From contig CDRNST010000250.1 in the NCBI GenBank assembly GCA_977016875.1, positions 930,001 to 994,000 on the forward strand: a stretch of 64,000 nt of DNA, read 5' to 3'. The notes beneath the pieces are model-generated. The model saw only the letters and a program-made list of their open reading frames with translations. It searched no databases and had not been told where the DNA came from. Below are positions 11,700 through 24,539 of this stretch, one piece after another. Both the position numbers and the translations under genes were made by a program. Every line of letters starts with the position of its first letter. Within the stretch, counting starts at the first letter, position 1. The DNA is from Pavona decussata (Eukaryota).

Positions 11700-14600
11700 T
11701 CGACTTTCTTTTCTGTGATGGTCTTTTTCTTTCGTTGGCGTGTTCATGTTACTTACTCCAAAACTGTTCTCACAGTTATGGCACTTGAAGTCCTTGCATC
11801 CTAAACCAGCTGTAAAACAGGGGCATTTTGTTCTCTGTTGTCCCTCACCGCACCTCTAGCTTTTCCTTGCATTCTTTGTCCATGTTACCACAGGAGCAAC
11901 AATTACACAGTTCGCGGTTACAGGCTTGGCCTCTTTTAACACAAGGACAGCGACTCTTTTCCCTGTTGTTAGCACACGCGACTTTATCTCTTGACTTTAT
12001 TTTACTGCCACAACTACATCCATTATCTCCTTTTCAATTGGCACTAGGGTGTATGGCTGATGTTTGTTTGTGAGACTCACCGCTGTTATGCTCACCTAGA
12101 CCCCGAAGAAATTTTCATTGTTATTAAAACTGTAACTTACATGTAACGCTTCAAGTTATTTATACTTTGGATTGTCATATACTCATGAATATATCTCTGA
12201 AAATAATGTGAAGGAAACAGAAGCCAGACTTGATGATATTATCTCAGAAAGTTAAAAGGGGGGCCCAATTGGTATATAATAAGGGTGTTTGCCGCCAAAA
12301 TATTAAAAATTGTTATAAACATTTCCAAATGCTTTCTATCGTTTCCCAACTTTTTGGTTTTTATGTGTCGGTATTTCAGTATATGCCACGCAAGTGGCAA
12401 CAAAGTTTGGTTTGACTGCGTTTGGTGGTTAGTTATTAAATAATAAGAAATCGTTTATCTCCACTAATCATTGCACCGCGCATGGCAAGATTTTCACAGG
12501 TTTAATTTCAGACCATTTGTCGGTGTATTGTTAGGAATAAAGAAACTTTTTGGTCATATCATTCATCTTGAGTAGTATATACTAAAACAATGATTTACAT
12601 GCCCCTTTGTGTCTAAGAAAGTGGCGGATATTTTCATCCACTTCGGTTAATAATTGTTAACTATTACAAAATGTTATATTACCCAGTGGTTTTGTGGCAT
12701 CGTAGTGACCAGCTCCGTAATAATGATAGGCTACGAAAATAGGTTTGCTGGATAGTGGGTTGTTGGGGAGGAAAGGAACACATGGCAGAGAATTAAGAGA
12801 TTTTACCACCATGATAGGCACCCTTAGCAACTGTGCACATACACTCATTACAAGGTCTCCAATGGCTGTATCAAACACGCCTTGTCTCCTGAATTCAATT
12901 GCTCGCAACAAATGCCTTCTTGTCTTGATCTGGAAAGAAAGCTAAAAGATCATCGTCAGATTTCAGGATTTCATCGATGAACAAATGACACATGGTGATC
13001 GCATACTCATCTTCAGATTTATAAAGACCAATGGAAGACCGGTATGTTATTAAAACATCTGGTTGCTCTTGACTACGTATAGAACTTAACATTCGAGCTA
13101 TACTGCGGAAAGCACAATCTCCCATCTTTTGATACTGCATCGGTTGTTAGTTTGAAACTGTGGAGATTTCTAGACAGGGTTTAAACATGTTCGGCGACAA
13201 CTGGGTCACAACAATCTTCTTCATTGTCTCCATGGTGCATTACTAGACCTGTTGAGATATTACTCAATAGCAGCAGGTCCTCGGCATTAACTGCTCTGTT
13301 GCAGTTATGTTCAGAAAATGACGTAATCATACCATAATTACCCATAGCCACTTTCAGGATACTTTCCGCCACCATTTCCGAACAAACATCTTTGATTATG
13401 TGTGGAATGACGATGCTTCCACTATTCAGTTCTCTAGGTTCTTCAGTTGGGTGTTCTTCTTCTTGCTTTATAAAAGGTGACCAATCTTTGGACGGGACAT
13501 TAGCAGCTTCTTTGGAATGTCGTCTCATGGGTGGTACGCATTGTATTCTGGAATTGCAACTATGCTTTCTATTGCTAGCAACCCTCTTGCTATGGGAATA
13601 GAAAAGAACGCTTAAAAGAGCCACTGCCAGTTCAACATTTATTCGTGTTGCCCAAGACAAGAGAGACCTATTCAAAAGTCTATGAAGCTATTCATTTTTT
13701 TCAGTACCAAATCCCGGTGGTATGCCAGAGAAACATCCCTTTTTGATATGTACTCTAAGGCCATCGATTTGCTTGAGAGTTTCTTCAGTGAGACATGTAC
13801 CATGAATCTGCATCCACTTTTTCGGCAGCGCATCAAGATTTCCCTCTATCTGACGTTCGTTGGGAGTGCTCTTTAAGTGCTATTCACCAAGGTTATCATT
13901 TTCTCTAAATATCAACCCAAACTCTTTCGCAAACTGACTTTTCAAAACGTGTTTGTTTGGAAGAGCCCTTATAACTCTCTGGCAGGCATGGAAAAGGTCT
14001 AATTTAACACTAGCGTTCGGAAAAAATGCTCTGGTACTTCTGGCGATTCTTACAGCAATCGTCTATACATATTGTCTGAATAGGATGATTCTGTATAGAA
14101 AACCTGTCTCTTAAATCATTCATGAGGTCGTCAATTTCATCAAATGCTGTCGTTTTGGTTAACCTCCAGTCGAATATTTCTCCATGTTTGTTAAGGACAA
14201 TATAAAGATTGGAAAACTGTTTGAGGAACCTATCTTTTTTCCCTTCCGTGACGACACCAATGTTTCTACTTACTTTGAAGGTTTGATCACAGGTTATAGC
14301 CGCTCCCCTCACAGTTCGCATTTCACTAATGTAAGCATCTTTGTCCAACTGAAATTGTTCCAAAAAAACGTTCATCAGCTGATCGTTGCTCGGGAATGAA
14401 AAAATATCGTTGGTGTAGAAGTTGTCGAAGTCGTAACGTTCCCTGGAGGTTGAACCGTCATTTATTGCATCATTTTACGTTAAACCCAACATAGTGTGTT
14501 CACCATGATTAAGAGATGCAATGCCTTCCTTAATTTTTAAGAAGCTTACGCCGTCAACGACCGCACTTAACGTGTATTGCAAAAGCTTTCTGGAACAACC

Positions 14601-15270
14601 ATTCCGTTGAAACAAACGAACTGGGAATGATGTTTGTATCTACGTCGATAATTTAATAATTAAATCCAGACTTGTCGCTGTTATTTTATGGGTTATGCTG
14701 CCTCCAACGCAAAGGTAGAGCCTCTGAAAGAGGATGATGTTTCCATATACGTCGTAGACCAGGCTGGGTCGCTTTCCTTTTTTTCCAGGCAAATCTACCA
14801 TCCAGTGCCATGGTTTTAAGGGCGTGTTATGGAGAGGGTAGTTAATGGGACATTTGTATAGTTATTGAGGACTAAGGTAAGAGAGCTTTGGGAATTACGA
14901 ATTCATGTTGAGTTTTGCCAACAGCTTCGCAAGGAATGATAATATGCTTTTATTTTATTTTATTGTTAGTCATTCTAGGATATTCCTACGGGAGAGAATA
15001 CTACTCTTTGAAATGTGTGTAAACCAGACTTAGTTTAAGAGTCGCTTCTAATTTTTAATATCAATTTTGCCAAATTAAATTCTAATTTCATTACAACTTC
15101 AAATTTAATAGCCTCATTTCGATATATTGAAATTATTTTAATGACTTTTAAGAGCTAATGAATTTTTGAGATTGTTCACAACACAGAAGGCAATTTCTTG
15201 CCTCATGAAAAAAACTGATAATTTGTATCATCTACAGCTTCTGTCTTCTGATATTAATGTTCTCCGTTTC
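11700..15270 (-). pseudogene. Dada-like transposase pseudogene with OTU-like protease domain and Cys-rich C-terminus
   Basis: Ordered motifs: TCDQTFKV, IDDCC, KLDLFHACQR, HIKKGCFSGIPPGFGTEKNE. Then OTU-like GDCAFRSIA...GAGHYDAT (13140-12680) and CSCG..RCPC..C..C.C..C.N repeats (11760-12030). Several stops and frameshifts. Confidence 0.6.
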
Positions 15271-15989
15271 TGCTGTCAAGGAAGATTAGCTTAGGTAGCA
15301 GAGTAATTGCAAGTGAAGCTATGTTTATAATCAATTCTGTTCTCTTGTGCTTGTGCTTTTGTCATTATGTGGTATGTGTAAACCGGAAAGATGTAAGTAT
15401 AAACACATGCGGCGCAAGCACTGAAGGCGCTTACGCTAGCGTTGCACCAGTTCACATGTAATTTTCTCCTGCTTGAGTCGTACGTGAAAACCAGGTTTGA
15501 ATGATAGCTCAGTGAGTTACTCATTGACCATTAATCGAATACTCATTGTTCTAACTTGCCAACGATTAGTTATGTCTAGTATGTGGAAAAAATTTAGTGA
15601 TTGTCGAATACCCATACAATGACACTGTGGGAAATAGGAAAGTAATGGATGACTAATTACGATTTGTATGTGAATTCGTTTCAAACATTTTGCATCCCAT
15701 TCCACTGATCCTATTCCATAAACAATGCAGTACTTCTTATGGTCACATTTCATTCACTAGCAAAACGTGTGTTTTAAAAATTTACGTTTTTTTAAAAATT
15801 AGTTTAAGTGGACATTTTGGCGGTATTGAAACCAATGACAAGTATCACAGTCGAAAAATTGATACTGCTCGTAAGGCTACAGTAATCAATGCTGCTTACC
15901 TTAAGAATTGTTGTGGTTAATGACATTAACCAGACGTTTGATGTGTAGCGGTGAAGGTTAATGATGCCGGTTTTAGAAAGCCATAGCAA

Positions 15990-17092
15990 TGGATGATGTT
16001 GGAGAATATTTTGTCTACTGGTAGTTAGTGATATCTAATGATGGTGAATGATGTTTGGTGATGGAGCATGATGTGTTAAGTGATGGAAAGTGATGTCCAG
16101 TCATAGAATCAATCATGGAGAGTTCTGTCTAGTGATATAAATGATGCCTAGTGACGTGTAATGATGCCTAGTGGTGGGTAATGTTGCCTAGTGATGGTGA
16201 ATGATGTCTAGTGACGGAGAGTGGTGTCAAGGGATGGTGAACAATGTCTAGTAATGGTGAATGCTGTCTGGTGAGGGTGAATGATGTCTAGTGATGGTGA
16301 ATGATGTCTTGTGACAGAGAATGATGTTTAGCGGTAGTAAATGATGCTTAGTGATGGTGTATGGTGTCTAGTGATGGGTAATGATGCCTGGTGATGGTGA
16401 TTTATGTCTAGTGATCGTGAATGATGGCTGGTGATGATGAATGATGTCTAGTGATGGTGAATGATGTCTAGTGATGGTGAATGATATCTGGTGATGGTGA
16501 ATGATGTCTAGCCATGGGTAATGATGTCTGGTGGCGGTGAATGATGTCTAGTGATGCAGAGTGATGTCTTAAGTGATGGTTAATGATGTCTGGTGACGGT
16601 GAATGATGTCTAGTGATGGTTAATGATGTCTGGTGATGGTGAATGATGTTAAGTGACGGTGAGTGATGTCTAGCGACGGAAAATGATGTCTAGTGATGGT
16701 GAATGATGTCTAGCGACGGTTTATGATGTCTGGTGACGGTGAATGATGTCTTGTGATGGAGAGTGATGGGTAATGATGTCTTGTGATAGAGAGTGATGTC
16801 TTGTGATGGTGAATGATGCCTGGTGACGGTGAATGATGTCTTGTGATGGAGAGTGATGTCTAGTGATGGCTTATGATGTCTTGTGATAGAGAGTGATGTC
16901 TTGTGATGGTAAATGATTACTGGTGACGGTGAATGATGTCTTGTGATGGAGAGTGATGTCTAGTGATGGTTAATGATGTCTGGTGACGGTGAATGACGTC
17001 TAGTGATGGAGAGTGATGTCTAGTGATGGTTAATGATGTCTGGTGATGGGTAATGATGCATGGTGATGGTGAATGATGTCATGTGATGGTGA
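15990..17092. repeat. Minisatellite, about 20-bp unit TAGTGATGGTGAATGATGTC
   Basis: About 50 degenerate tandem copies, directly visible. Confidence 0.95.
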
Positions 17093-17315
17093 ACGCCAAC
17101 ATTTTCCCCACCTTGATCTGTCCGGACCCTTGAAGGCAATCCAAATGACTGGATGGCATCTAAGAACAATTCTTTTACTGGGCGCGATCCATTAAGCGGA
17201 AATTTCCGATGAGAATTTTCGAAAATTTCTTTGTCAAATGGAACGGTAATTTCCACTTGACTTAACCAGTCTCGCTCCATGCCCGCACGGGCCAAATTTC
17301 CCGTCAGGATTCAAA

Positions 17316-20186
17316 ATGGCGGATATGCAGTCGTTCTTGTTTGCTTCAGAGTTAGTCGATGATTTTGCGCTAACTCTTACTAACGATATCTTAGAGGACA
17401 ATGACAACGACATGGTTGTGTTAGCTGCCGTTAGCTGCTTCATGCGAAGAAAATTAACCCGTATACACGACTATTTTGAGGTCACTCTTCCAAGGTATTT
17501 GCCTGATGAGTTTAAAAATCATTTGCGGATGACAAGGGAAACGTGCGAACTTCTCTGCCAAGCAGTTATCCAAACTGGCCACATACCTGTGGGGAATCCA
17601 CATGGGCGACCAGTGATTGCACCCGAAAAGCAAGTATTGGCATTTTTGTGGAGGATAGCTAACCAAGAACCGGCGCGGGCTGTGGCAGATCGATTTGACA
17701 TGATGATCAGTAGTGTCAACAGGGTGTTTCGAAGGGTCGTGAAGGCAGTTGTTTCCATGTCTGGTCAGTACATCAGATGGCAGAACGGTGAGTCATGACG
17801 TGTAAGATAAAATAAACAAACATTATCAATGTGAACGCTTTCATTTGTAATGGATTGGTATAAACCATTCTTTGTATGCACTAATCTACAGTGAATCAAG
17901 TTCAAGATACAAAGTCGTCTTTTGAGGAGGACAGGGGATTCCCTGGCATAATTGGGTTAATCGATGGCACTTGCATTCGAATTCACGCCCCAGAACACGA
18001 ACCAGAAGCCTATATCTGCAGGAAGAAACACCATTCAATAAATGTCCAGGTGATTGTTTGATACCAGTTAGATATATTACACAGAGAAAATATTCTGGTA
18101 AACTACGTGTGAATGGGCTATTGCACTAAAAATTCTGGACTGGCCTTTTGTTGAAATCCATTAGATCCATAAAATGTGTTTAACCGGTGTTGATACCCTT
18201 TCTATGGCCCAAACCCGAAAAATGACACCCTATTCAAGGGGAAAATCAAAACCTAAGAATGGCATGAATGGGTTAACTTTATTCCATTTCTGTTAGTAAT
18301 GGAAGATAAGCATCAAGCATAGAATACTAGACTAATCCTAGATTCGTTTAGCTGGGTGTTTATGCACTCTACAGATTGGGAACCTCAAAAACGATACTCT
18401 ATCCCGCGGCACATACCTATATAGCCCATATATAGAAGAACTTTACTCGATATTGTCTCCCTTCACGCAGGTGTATGAATCGGTACCAGTGCCCATTAGG
18501 TTAACCTAACAAAATGCTGGGGGAGGGGGGGAAACCATGCTATGGACTAGCATCCCATCTAGGAGGGAGTGGTGATGCTCCTAGTTGCTTCATACCACAA
18601 AAAACTGGGCTAAGCTCCGGCACAGATGAGCCACCTGGGCTCGTTGAATTTGTTGGACACAGACTGGCACATTATTTGTGATAAATAGAGATAGCTTTTT
18701 AAAGATTTTTAGAAACAATTTGCCATTGTTGTATGGTAATATATAGTTCGATTGCTGATGTAACAGTTCCCTCCTCCAAATGCTAAGGGTAAAGTGACAA
18801 AAAAAAAATGTACCAGTGTGTCCCATGGTTAAAGTAGGAATTGAGTATGCAAAAACACAAGCATTAGCTTTGTTTTCAGCTCGTATGTGATGACAATATG
18901 GTGTTTACTGATGTTCTGGCTGGTTGGCTCGGCTCAGTGCATGACTCGCGGGTCCTTCGCAGTTCAGTGCTGTGGAACAATGCTGGCAACAAGTTTCCTG
19001 GCAATACTCATTTACTTGGGGATGGTGGATACCCACTATTAAGGTATCACAAGACAATGTTGTGTTTAGCCTGTTCCACATTCTTCACACCTCTTTACAC
19101 TATCTGAACACCTGGAACAAGCTGTGTTTCGAATAGTTTCCACTGCCTTACTTCTCAAGCTGGACAATTTGATATATTCTTGCCATTGAGTTCCTTGCAT
19201 TTAGTGTTTTTTTTTTATGAGAAGTTGACTTCTTTGAAGTTAAGGCAGGTCATGTTTGATAAAAAATTTTTTCCTCAATTCTCATGACCTGCATCATTAA
19301 TAATAATAATAATTTAACCAATAATATTAAATAATGTAAATAAATCTTTTGAAAAGATGTTTTCAAGAGGGTGATTGAACTTTAATACAATACAGCGATT
19401 AGACTTGATTATGCATTAATGATCTTCACCTTGGGTTAGTCACCTTGTCATGGTGGTGAAGCTTGTGAGTCTTGATAATACCAAGAGCTATGCAAGCGGG
19501 GGGCTTATGCTCCCCGTATACAGTCCAACATGCTTGATTGGTCAAGAGTGAGAGGCTTGACTAAGAACAACCACCTGGCCCTCCAGGTTTGGGCTTTGAT
19601 GTGAGGATAATCTCCCCACCCTGTAACAATCATATTGATTACGGAAACAGGAAATTATCTAATCTACATTCAACAATATGCAAGGATGGAAATTAGCCCA
19701 GGCGAGTGTCAATCCTGTTGGACGAGTAGAAATTCAAGATTTTTTGGTGTATTTGTTAGGGTACTTGCCCAATGGTGAGTACTATCAAAATTACCGTTAA
19801 GTTTCAAACCCTGAACATTTATATTTTTCTCCTCTAGGTGGCTTATAACACCTTACAGAGACGATGGGCATTTGACAGTGCGTCAACGAAGGTTCAATAA
19901 AGCCCTTTCTTCGATTCGACAGACAATAGAGAGGGCAATAGGTTTTCTCAAGGGAAGATGGAGAAAACTTCTCTTTCTGGATCATTTTGATGTAAAATTG
20001 GAAGTAAATGTCATAATTGCTGCATGTGTCCTGCACAATTTCTGTTTACTGCATGATGATTTTGAGGAAGGATACATCCTTGAAGGGGAACACAACGATG
20101 ATCATGATGCTGAAGAGCCTCCATTCCCAGATGAACGAGCTAACCAGAAAAGAACCCATCTCATGAACGTTGTCTGTGGTCTGTGA
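17316..20186 (+). CDS. Harbinger (HARBI1-like) DDE transposase; exons 17316-17787, 17892-18049, 18880-19043, 19838-20186; 380 aa
   Basis: GT-AG spliced frame is open throughout. Motifs: GLIDGT, GSVHDSRVL, LLGDGGYP, IERAIGFLKGRWR, ACVLHNFC. Confidence 0.9.
18455..18668 (+). mobile_element. 5'-truncated SINE body and tail in a Harbinger intron
   Basis: caggtgtatgaatcggtacc...tggactagcatcccatc...ctagttgcttcat...taagctccggc resembles a widespread cnidarian tRNA-derived SINE (from recall). Confidence 0.55.
19435..19650 (+). mobile_element. RTE-clade LINE 5' UTR fragment
   Basis: caccttgtcatggtggtgaagcttgtg..agagctatg..tggccctccaggtttggg resembles conserved RTE 5' ends. Confidence 0.45.
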
Positions 20187-20533
20187 ACTTCAAAAAAACA
20201 TGCCAAACAATAATAACACAGTTTATTTTTCTGTCAATATAAATTCAATTTTATTTAACTGACCAAGTGTATAACGGCTGAATTAATTTAGACTCCAAAC
20301 TGCTGGCATTGTTTTAGATAAGGGTATTAAAAATGAACACATTGCTTAACAACAAACCCAACTGGCTAAATTGTCCAAACTGGTGGCATTTTTTTAAATT
20401 AATGTATATATTTTAAGAATAAATACATTGGTTTACAACAAACTCATAGACCAAAGGGTCTTAACGAAACGGTAGCAAATTCCCACATGGTTATTGTGAG
20501 TCCCCTACCCCCTCAGGGGCTAAGGACAAGTAG

Positions 20534-20645
20534 CCTAATAGACTTAAATAGGCCTAATAGACTTAATGGACCTAATAGGCTTAATAGTCCTAACAGGCTT
20601 AATAGTTCTAATAGGAAACTAATACGCTTAATAGACTTAATAGAT
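20534..20645. repeat. About 10-bp tandem repeat (CTTAATAGRC-like) between the Harbinger genes
   Basis: Repeated cctaatag/cttaatag units. Confidence 0.8.
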
Positions 20646-20729
20646 TTTGGAAGAAACTCACAATAATTGTGTGGGAATTCATTTTCCTCAACGAGAGGCT
20701 TTTAGCTTACGCAATTATATATTTTACAT

Positions 20730-21420
20730 CTACTTGTTTCTTAGTATATCCAGAAACTCACTGTTAAATTTATCTTTTTTCTCTCGCACGTCTCGTAAAA
20801 ATGTAAGTCTCTCCCCCTCTGCTTTCTCTCTCTTTTCTGTCCAGTCATGGAGGAAGGTCAACATTTCAGCTGCTGACGAGTAGCTCTTTCTTTTTCGTTT
20901 CTTGTTCCTCAGGGTCTTTCCCCTTTTGCCCTTTGTGGCCACATAGTCATCATCATCATTGCAGTCATCATCCTCAGAGTCAACATCGTTGTTTTAGTCA
21001 TCATCCTTCTCTGATTGATCACTGTTGGCACTACTTGAAGAAGATCTCCCAGTGTCAAAGGTATAGGTGGGGTGCACTTTCAGGCTATCCCCAATCACCT
21101 CATCCATGAGATCATGAAATTTCCATGACTTGTTTGCGCTCCCAGTTTTCTTGTTATTATCCTCGATCTTCTTGAATTGGCCCTCCAGCTTAAACCGCTT
21201 TCGCATACATTGTTCCCCAGTCACAACAACATCTGCAGCTTCGTTAAATTTTGCTGCAATTTTATCGAAGACCTCTTTCTTTTTGGTCTTCGGTTGTTTT
21301 AAAAAAATGTTTAAATATACGATACTGTTCAATTAATAAACGAACCGTCTTGTCATCCCATTTTTGCAGGGTTGCACATGGCGCTGAGTCTTCCACCGTA
21401 TCTTGAACAATATTTGTAGA
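20730..21420 (-). pseudogene. Harbinger accessory Myb/SANT-like protein, disrupted
   Basis: WDDKTVR...KKKEVFDKIAAKF....TGEQCMRKRFKLEGQFKKIEDNNKKTG....WKFHDLMDEVIG, then an acidic tract and a coiled coil. Contains stops and a frameshift. Confidence 0.8.
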
Positions 21421-21579
21421 ATTGATAGTTTACAATTAGAACGCAAATTTAAGGAGTGTTCATTAAATACGGGGAGGGGGGGCTGGCAAATGGGAAAACG
21501 TAACATTGAAAAAATTTTTGGTCCCCCCCCAGAAGAAAAAAATGCTTGAAAAAATAGGAGGGATAAAGAAAAAGTCGGT

Positions 21580-21891
21580 CAGGGTTTGTACGGGTCATGG
21601 AAAAGCTGGAAAGTCATGGAATTTAGGTGTGGGTCATGGGAAATCTGTTCACTTTCTATGAGTGAAAGGCAATAACATCTGAAGTTGAAAAATTAACTGA
21701 CGAGTACAAAAATCAGATTTACTTTCAGAAGAAATAAACACTAGCGCGCATTGGTTGGTTGAACTGGGTCATAATTTCAAAACCTACCTAGTTGAATAAA
21801 TGATTGTTTTTACATTACTGTCTGAGAATAATTATGGAGAAAGTCTTGGAAAGCCATGGAAGTTTAACAGGTCAAAAGTGTACGAAACCTG
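21580..21891. mobile_element. hAT-like MITE with 5-bp TSD
   Basis: TIR CAGGGTTTGTAC / GTACGAAACCTG. TCGGT is duplicated at 21575-21579 and 21892-21896. Internal tcatggaa repeats. Confidence 0.75.
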
Positions 21892-24539
21892 TCGGTAATC
21901 GAGTAAAAGAGACTTTAGACTGCATAACAGTTGTATGTCCGTCACATGCGCGGGCCTTCGAGCCCTCACGGAGCTCTCAAGAAGCTGGAAGCCTCTCGCG
22001 ACGCACACAAAGCCGAAATTCGCGCCAACAAGAAATTGGAGAAAACGCGATAACAACTGTTTTGCACTCTAAAAAGACTGAAAAAATACAGACAAGCTGA
22101 GGTATATGGGTCTAGGTTTACGAAATATTAAACTAAGTATGAGATAGCGGACGTTCATTTGTATTGGCGGGAATTCATCGATATCAGAAAGGAAGTGTAT
22201 GCATTCAAAACCGAATTACTCAATATTCCAATCAACTTACCGATGGGAGCATTTGGAGGCGCAATGTTTCCATCGGGGTCAACACACAAATGCCTCAAAA
22301 AGAACGGTAGATCGTCTGAGGTGAAAGAACAAGCGCTGCATTGGTATACTCCACCGTCGGCCAGGGCTCAACAATCAATCTGACCGGTGGAGAAACACCA
22401 GGATGGGCATCGACCCGAGTGCATGGCCCAAATGGAATGCCAAATGGTATAGAAAATTTCCAGAATTTCCAAATTTTTTGGAAAAAAGGACAACCTCTCG
22501 AGGTTGTCCGGAATTTTCGAAACAATGTTTTTGAAATATCCCGTTCCATTTGATTCTGTACAAAAATTTCCGGAAATTTTGGCTTAATGGATCGCTCGCA
22601 CTGTCTCCCTGCGATTATTGATACCTTACCAAAGTCATGGAAAAGGTCATACCTGGGAACACACTGGCATAAGATTTTCCTTTAACCATTGTTTGCAACT
22701 TTCCTTAGCTCCAGCAACTGCAGATTGCTTTTATTGTCAATAAAGCCATTTCATCCAAATATCGTCACTGATATGTCTTTCACTTTTAGGATTTCCTAAA
22801 TGGATACCCACATAACCATGTGTACACTACATTTTTTATCATCTGTTTCTCTTTGTCAGTGTTTGCTAAAATGATAAAAATTATCCACAATGTTTTGAGT
22901 TAAAAGAAATAATTTCACATTGACTGAATAATCTTGCATGCTTTTATTGATATGATTAATTGGACTTCCTGTTGTAATATTTAGGGTTAGTCGGGCTCAC
23001 TGAATACTTCCTGAATGTTACTCCACTTATCCCAATTGCGATGACTAATTTTTGAATATTATGTGATGTCATTTCAGGCTATGCAGTCATTTCTTGTTTT
23101 GATTCTGTTTCATTTCTTTCTTTCTTTCTTTGTTTTTTTTTTTTTACAATAACAAAGAGCCAAAATTGTCAAACACAGACTTGAGATATGAAGCCTAAGC
23201 AAAAGAAATTAAATGGGAAGCCTAAACTTATTTCAAGCCTAGTAAGAATTAATCTTCACAGGTTTAGATGAACAAGTTAACTGAAGTCTAGGATGCTTAA
23301 TTTCACTAAGTTAAGAAAAAATTCACCACTGAAGTCAAAGTCAAATTACTGCCGCATTCTACTAATTACTCAAAATAAAACTTAACTATCGCCAATCAGT
23401 GTGCGAGAATTAGGCAGGTTATAGCTTTCTACTATAAACTTGGAATTATAATTATTGTACCTGAATAAAGTACATAAATGAACAAATGATGAAAACGTGA
23501 AATATTTCAAGGGTTCATGACTTACATCGCTTGCAGCAGCAGTGGGTTCAACTTCCAAATCCTTCTGCAATGGACAAACAAAAATCTTCGTATTGCCCAC
23601 TGCGTAGGCTTCATACTAAATTGTGCCATAAACTAAAACGAATTTTCTGACCATCAATAGAGCCTAATAATCTTGACAAAACTTGCTGAGGCTTTGCCCT
23701 GACAGGAGTTAATTTATTAGTGAGTTCTTTTTGATTCTCCGCCATGACAGTTTGACTCTAGCTTGAACATGTGGTTTGCAGGCAAGGTCCCCCTTTGGTA
23801 TTTTGGTGGTATTTGTACGCTTTTGCTACTCGACAATCAACATTGAAATTTAACTAAAATTCCTTATTGCATTCTACTAAAAAGTTTCTTGTTTCGTCTT
23901 AACGGCCAATTGATTAATTCGTCAACTCCTTATAAACTTGAATGCTGATCCCTATGTTGAACATTTTCTTTGAGAGTTGATAGCTAAAATCGATTACTTT
24001 CTCAAGTTCACTTTTGGCCAGATTGGTCCACCTTTGGTAACTCAACATTTGACTTGGGGATTCAAACGTTATCTTACGCTGACAGCCCATGCGCCAAGAC
24101 CGTTGTTAATATGTTAACATGAACCTTGGTGAATAAAGTTGAACGTTGAACCGTCACTTTGAAAGTTAATGTTTAAAGTTCTAATGTTTGTGATACAAAG
24201 TACAAAGTTGAAGAGTGAAATATGATGTTGATGTTTGGCAAGTTATTTGTGAAACTGTCAAGTTGAATGTTTTGATCGACTTTGAGTTTTGGCAGGACGT
24301 TACGTTATACAAGAGGTTTTTGGGGGATATCTATTTACATCAGGGCATGGATCAATCGAACTGCCAATTTGAAACAAGCGGTTGCTGAGCGATAAAATAC
24401 TAATGCATGTGGCGTGATACAATTCACGTGCCATAATACAAACCGTTACTTTACGTTATTCGAGAGGTTTTGAGTACGTATCTGTTTCTGTGAGGACATG
24501 AACTTGCCAATTCATTGCATTTGTACAGGCTACGAAGAT

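Larger units (their letters stand above)
17180..22599 (+). mobile_element. Full-length PIF/Harbinger transposon
   Basis: 29-bp TIR (GGGCGCGATCCATTAAGCGGAAATTTCCG, 25/29 match). 3-bp TSD ACT at 17177-17179 and 22600-22602. Convergent transposase and Myb/SANT genes. Confidence 0.92.
17093..22625 (-). pseudogene. Integrase-core (IS3EU-like) remnant split by the Harbinger; pieces at 17093-17179 and 22600-22625
   Basis: Removing the Harbinger and one ACT copy restores [35 protein letters not shown]. Confidence 0.7.

Noticed and set aside
15412-15417. GCGCAA as a possible Dada target or terminus
   Set aside because: Only a 6-mer, lying in an apparent unrelated MITE. No U6 or tRNA sequence is adjacent.
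23520-23750. Exon-like piece TKIFVCPLQKDLEVEP
   Set aside because: Too short and degenerate to call.
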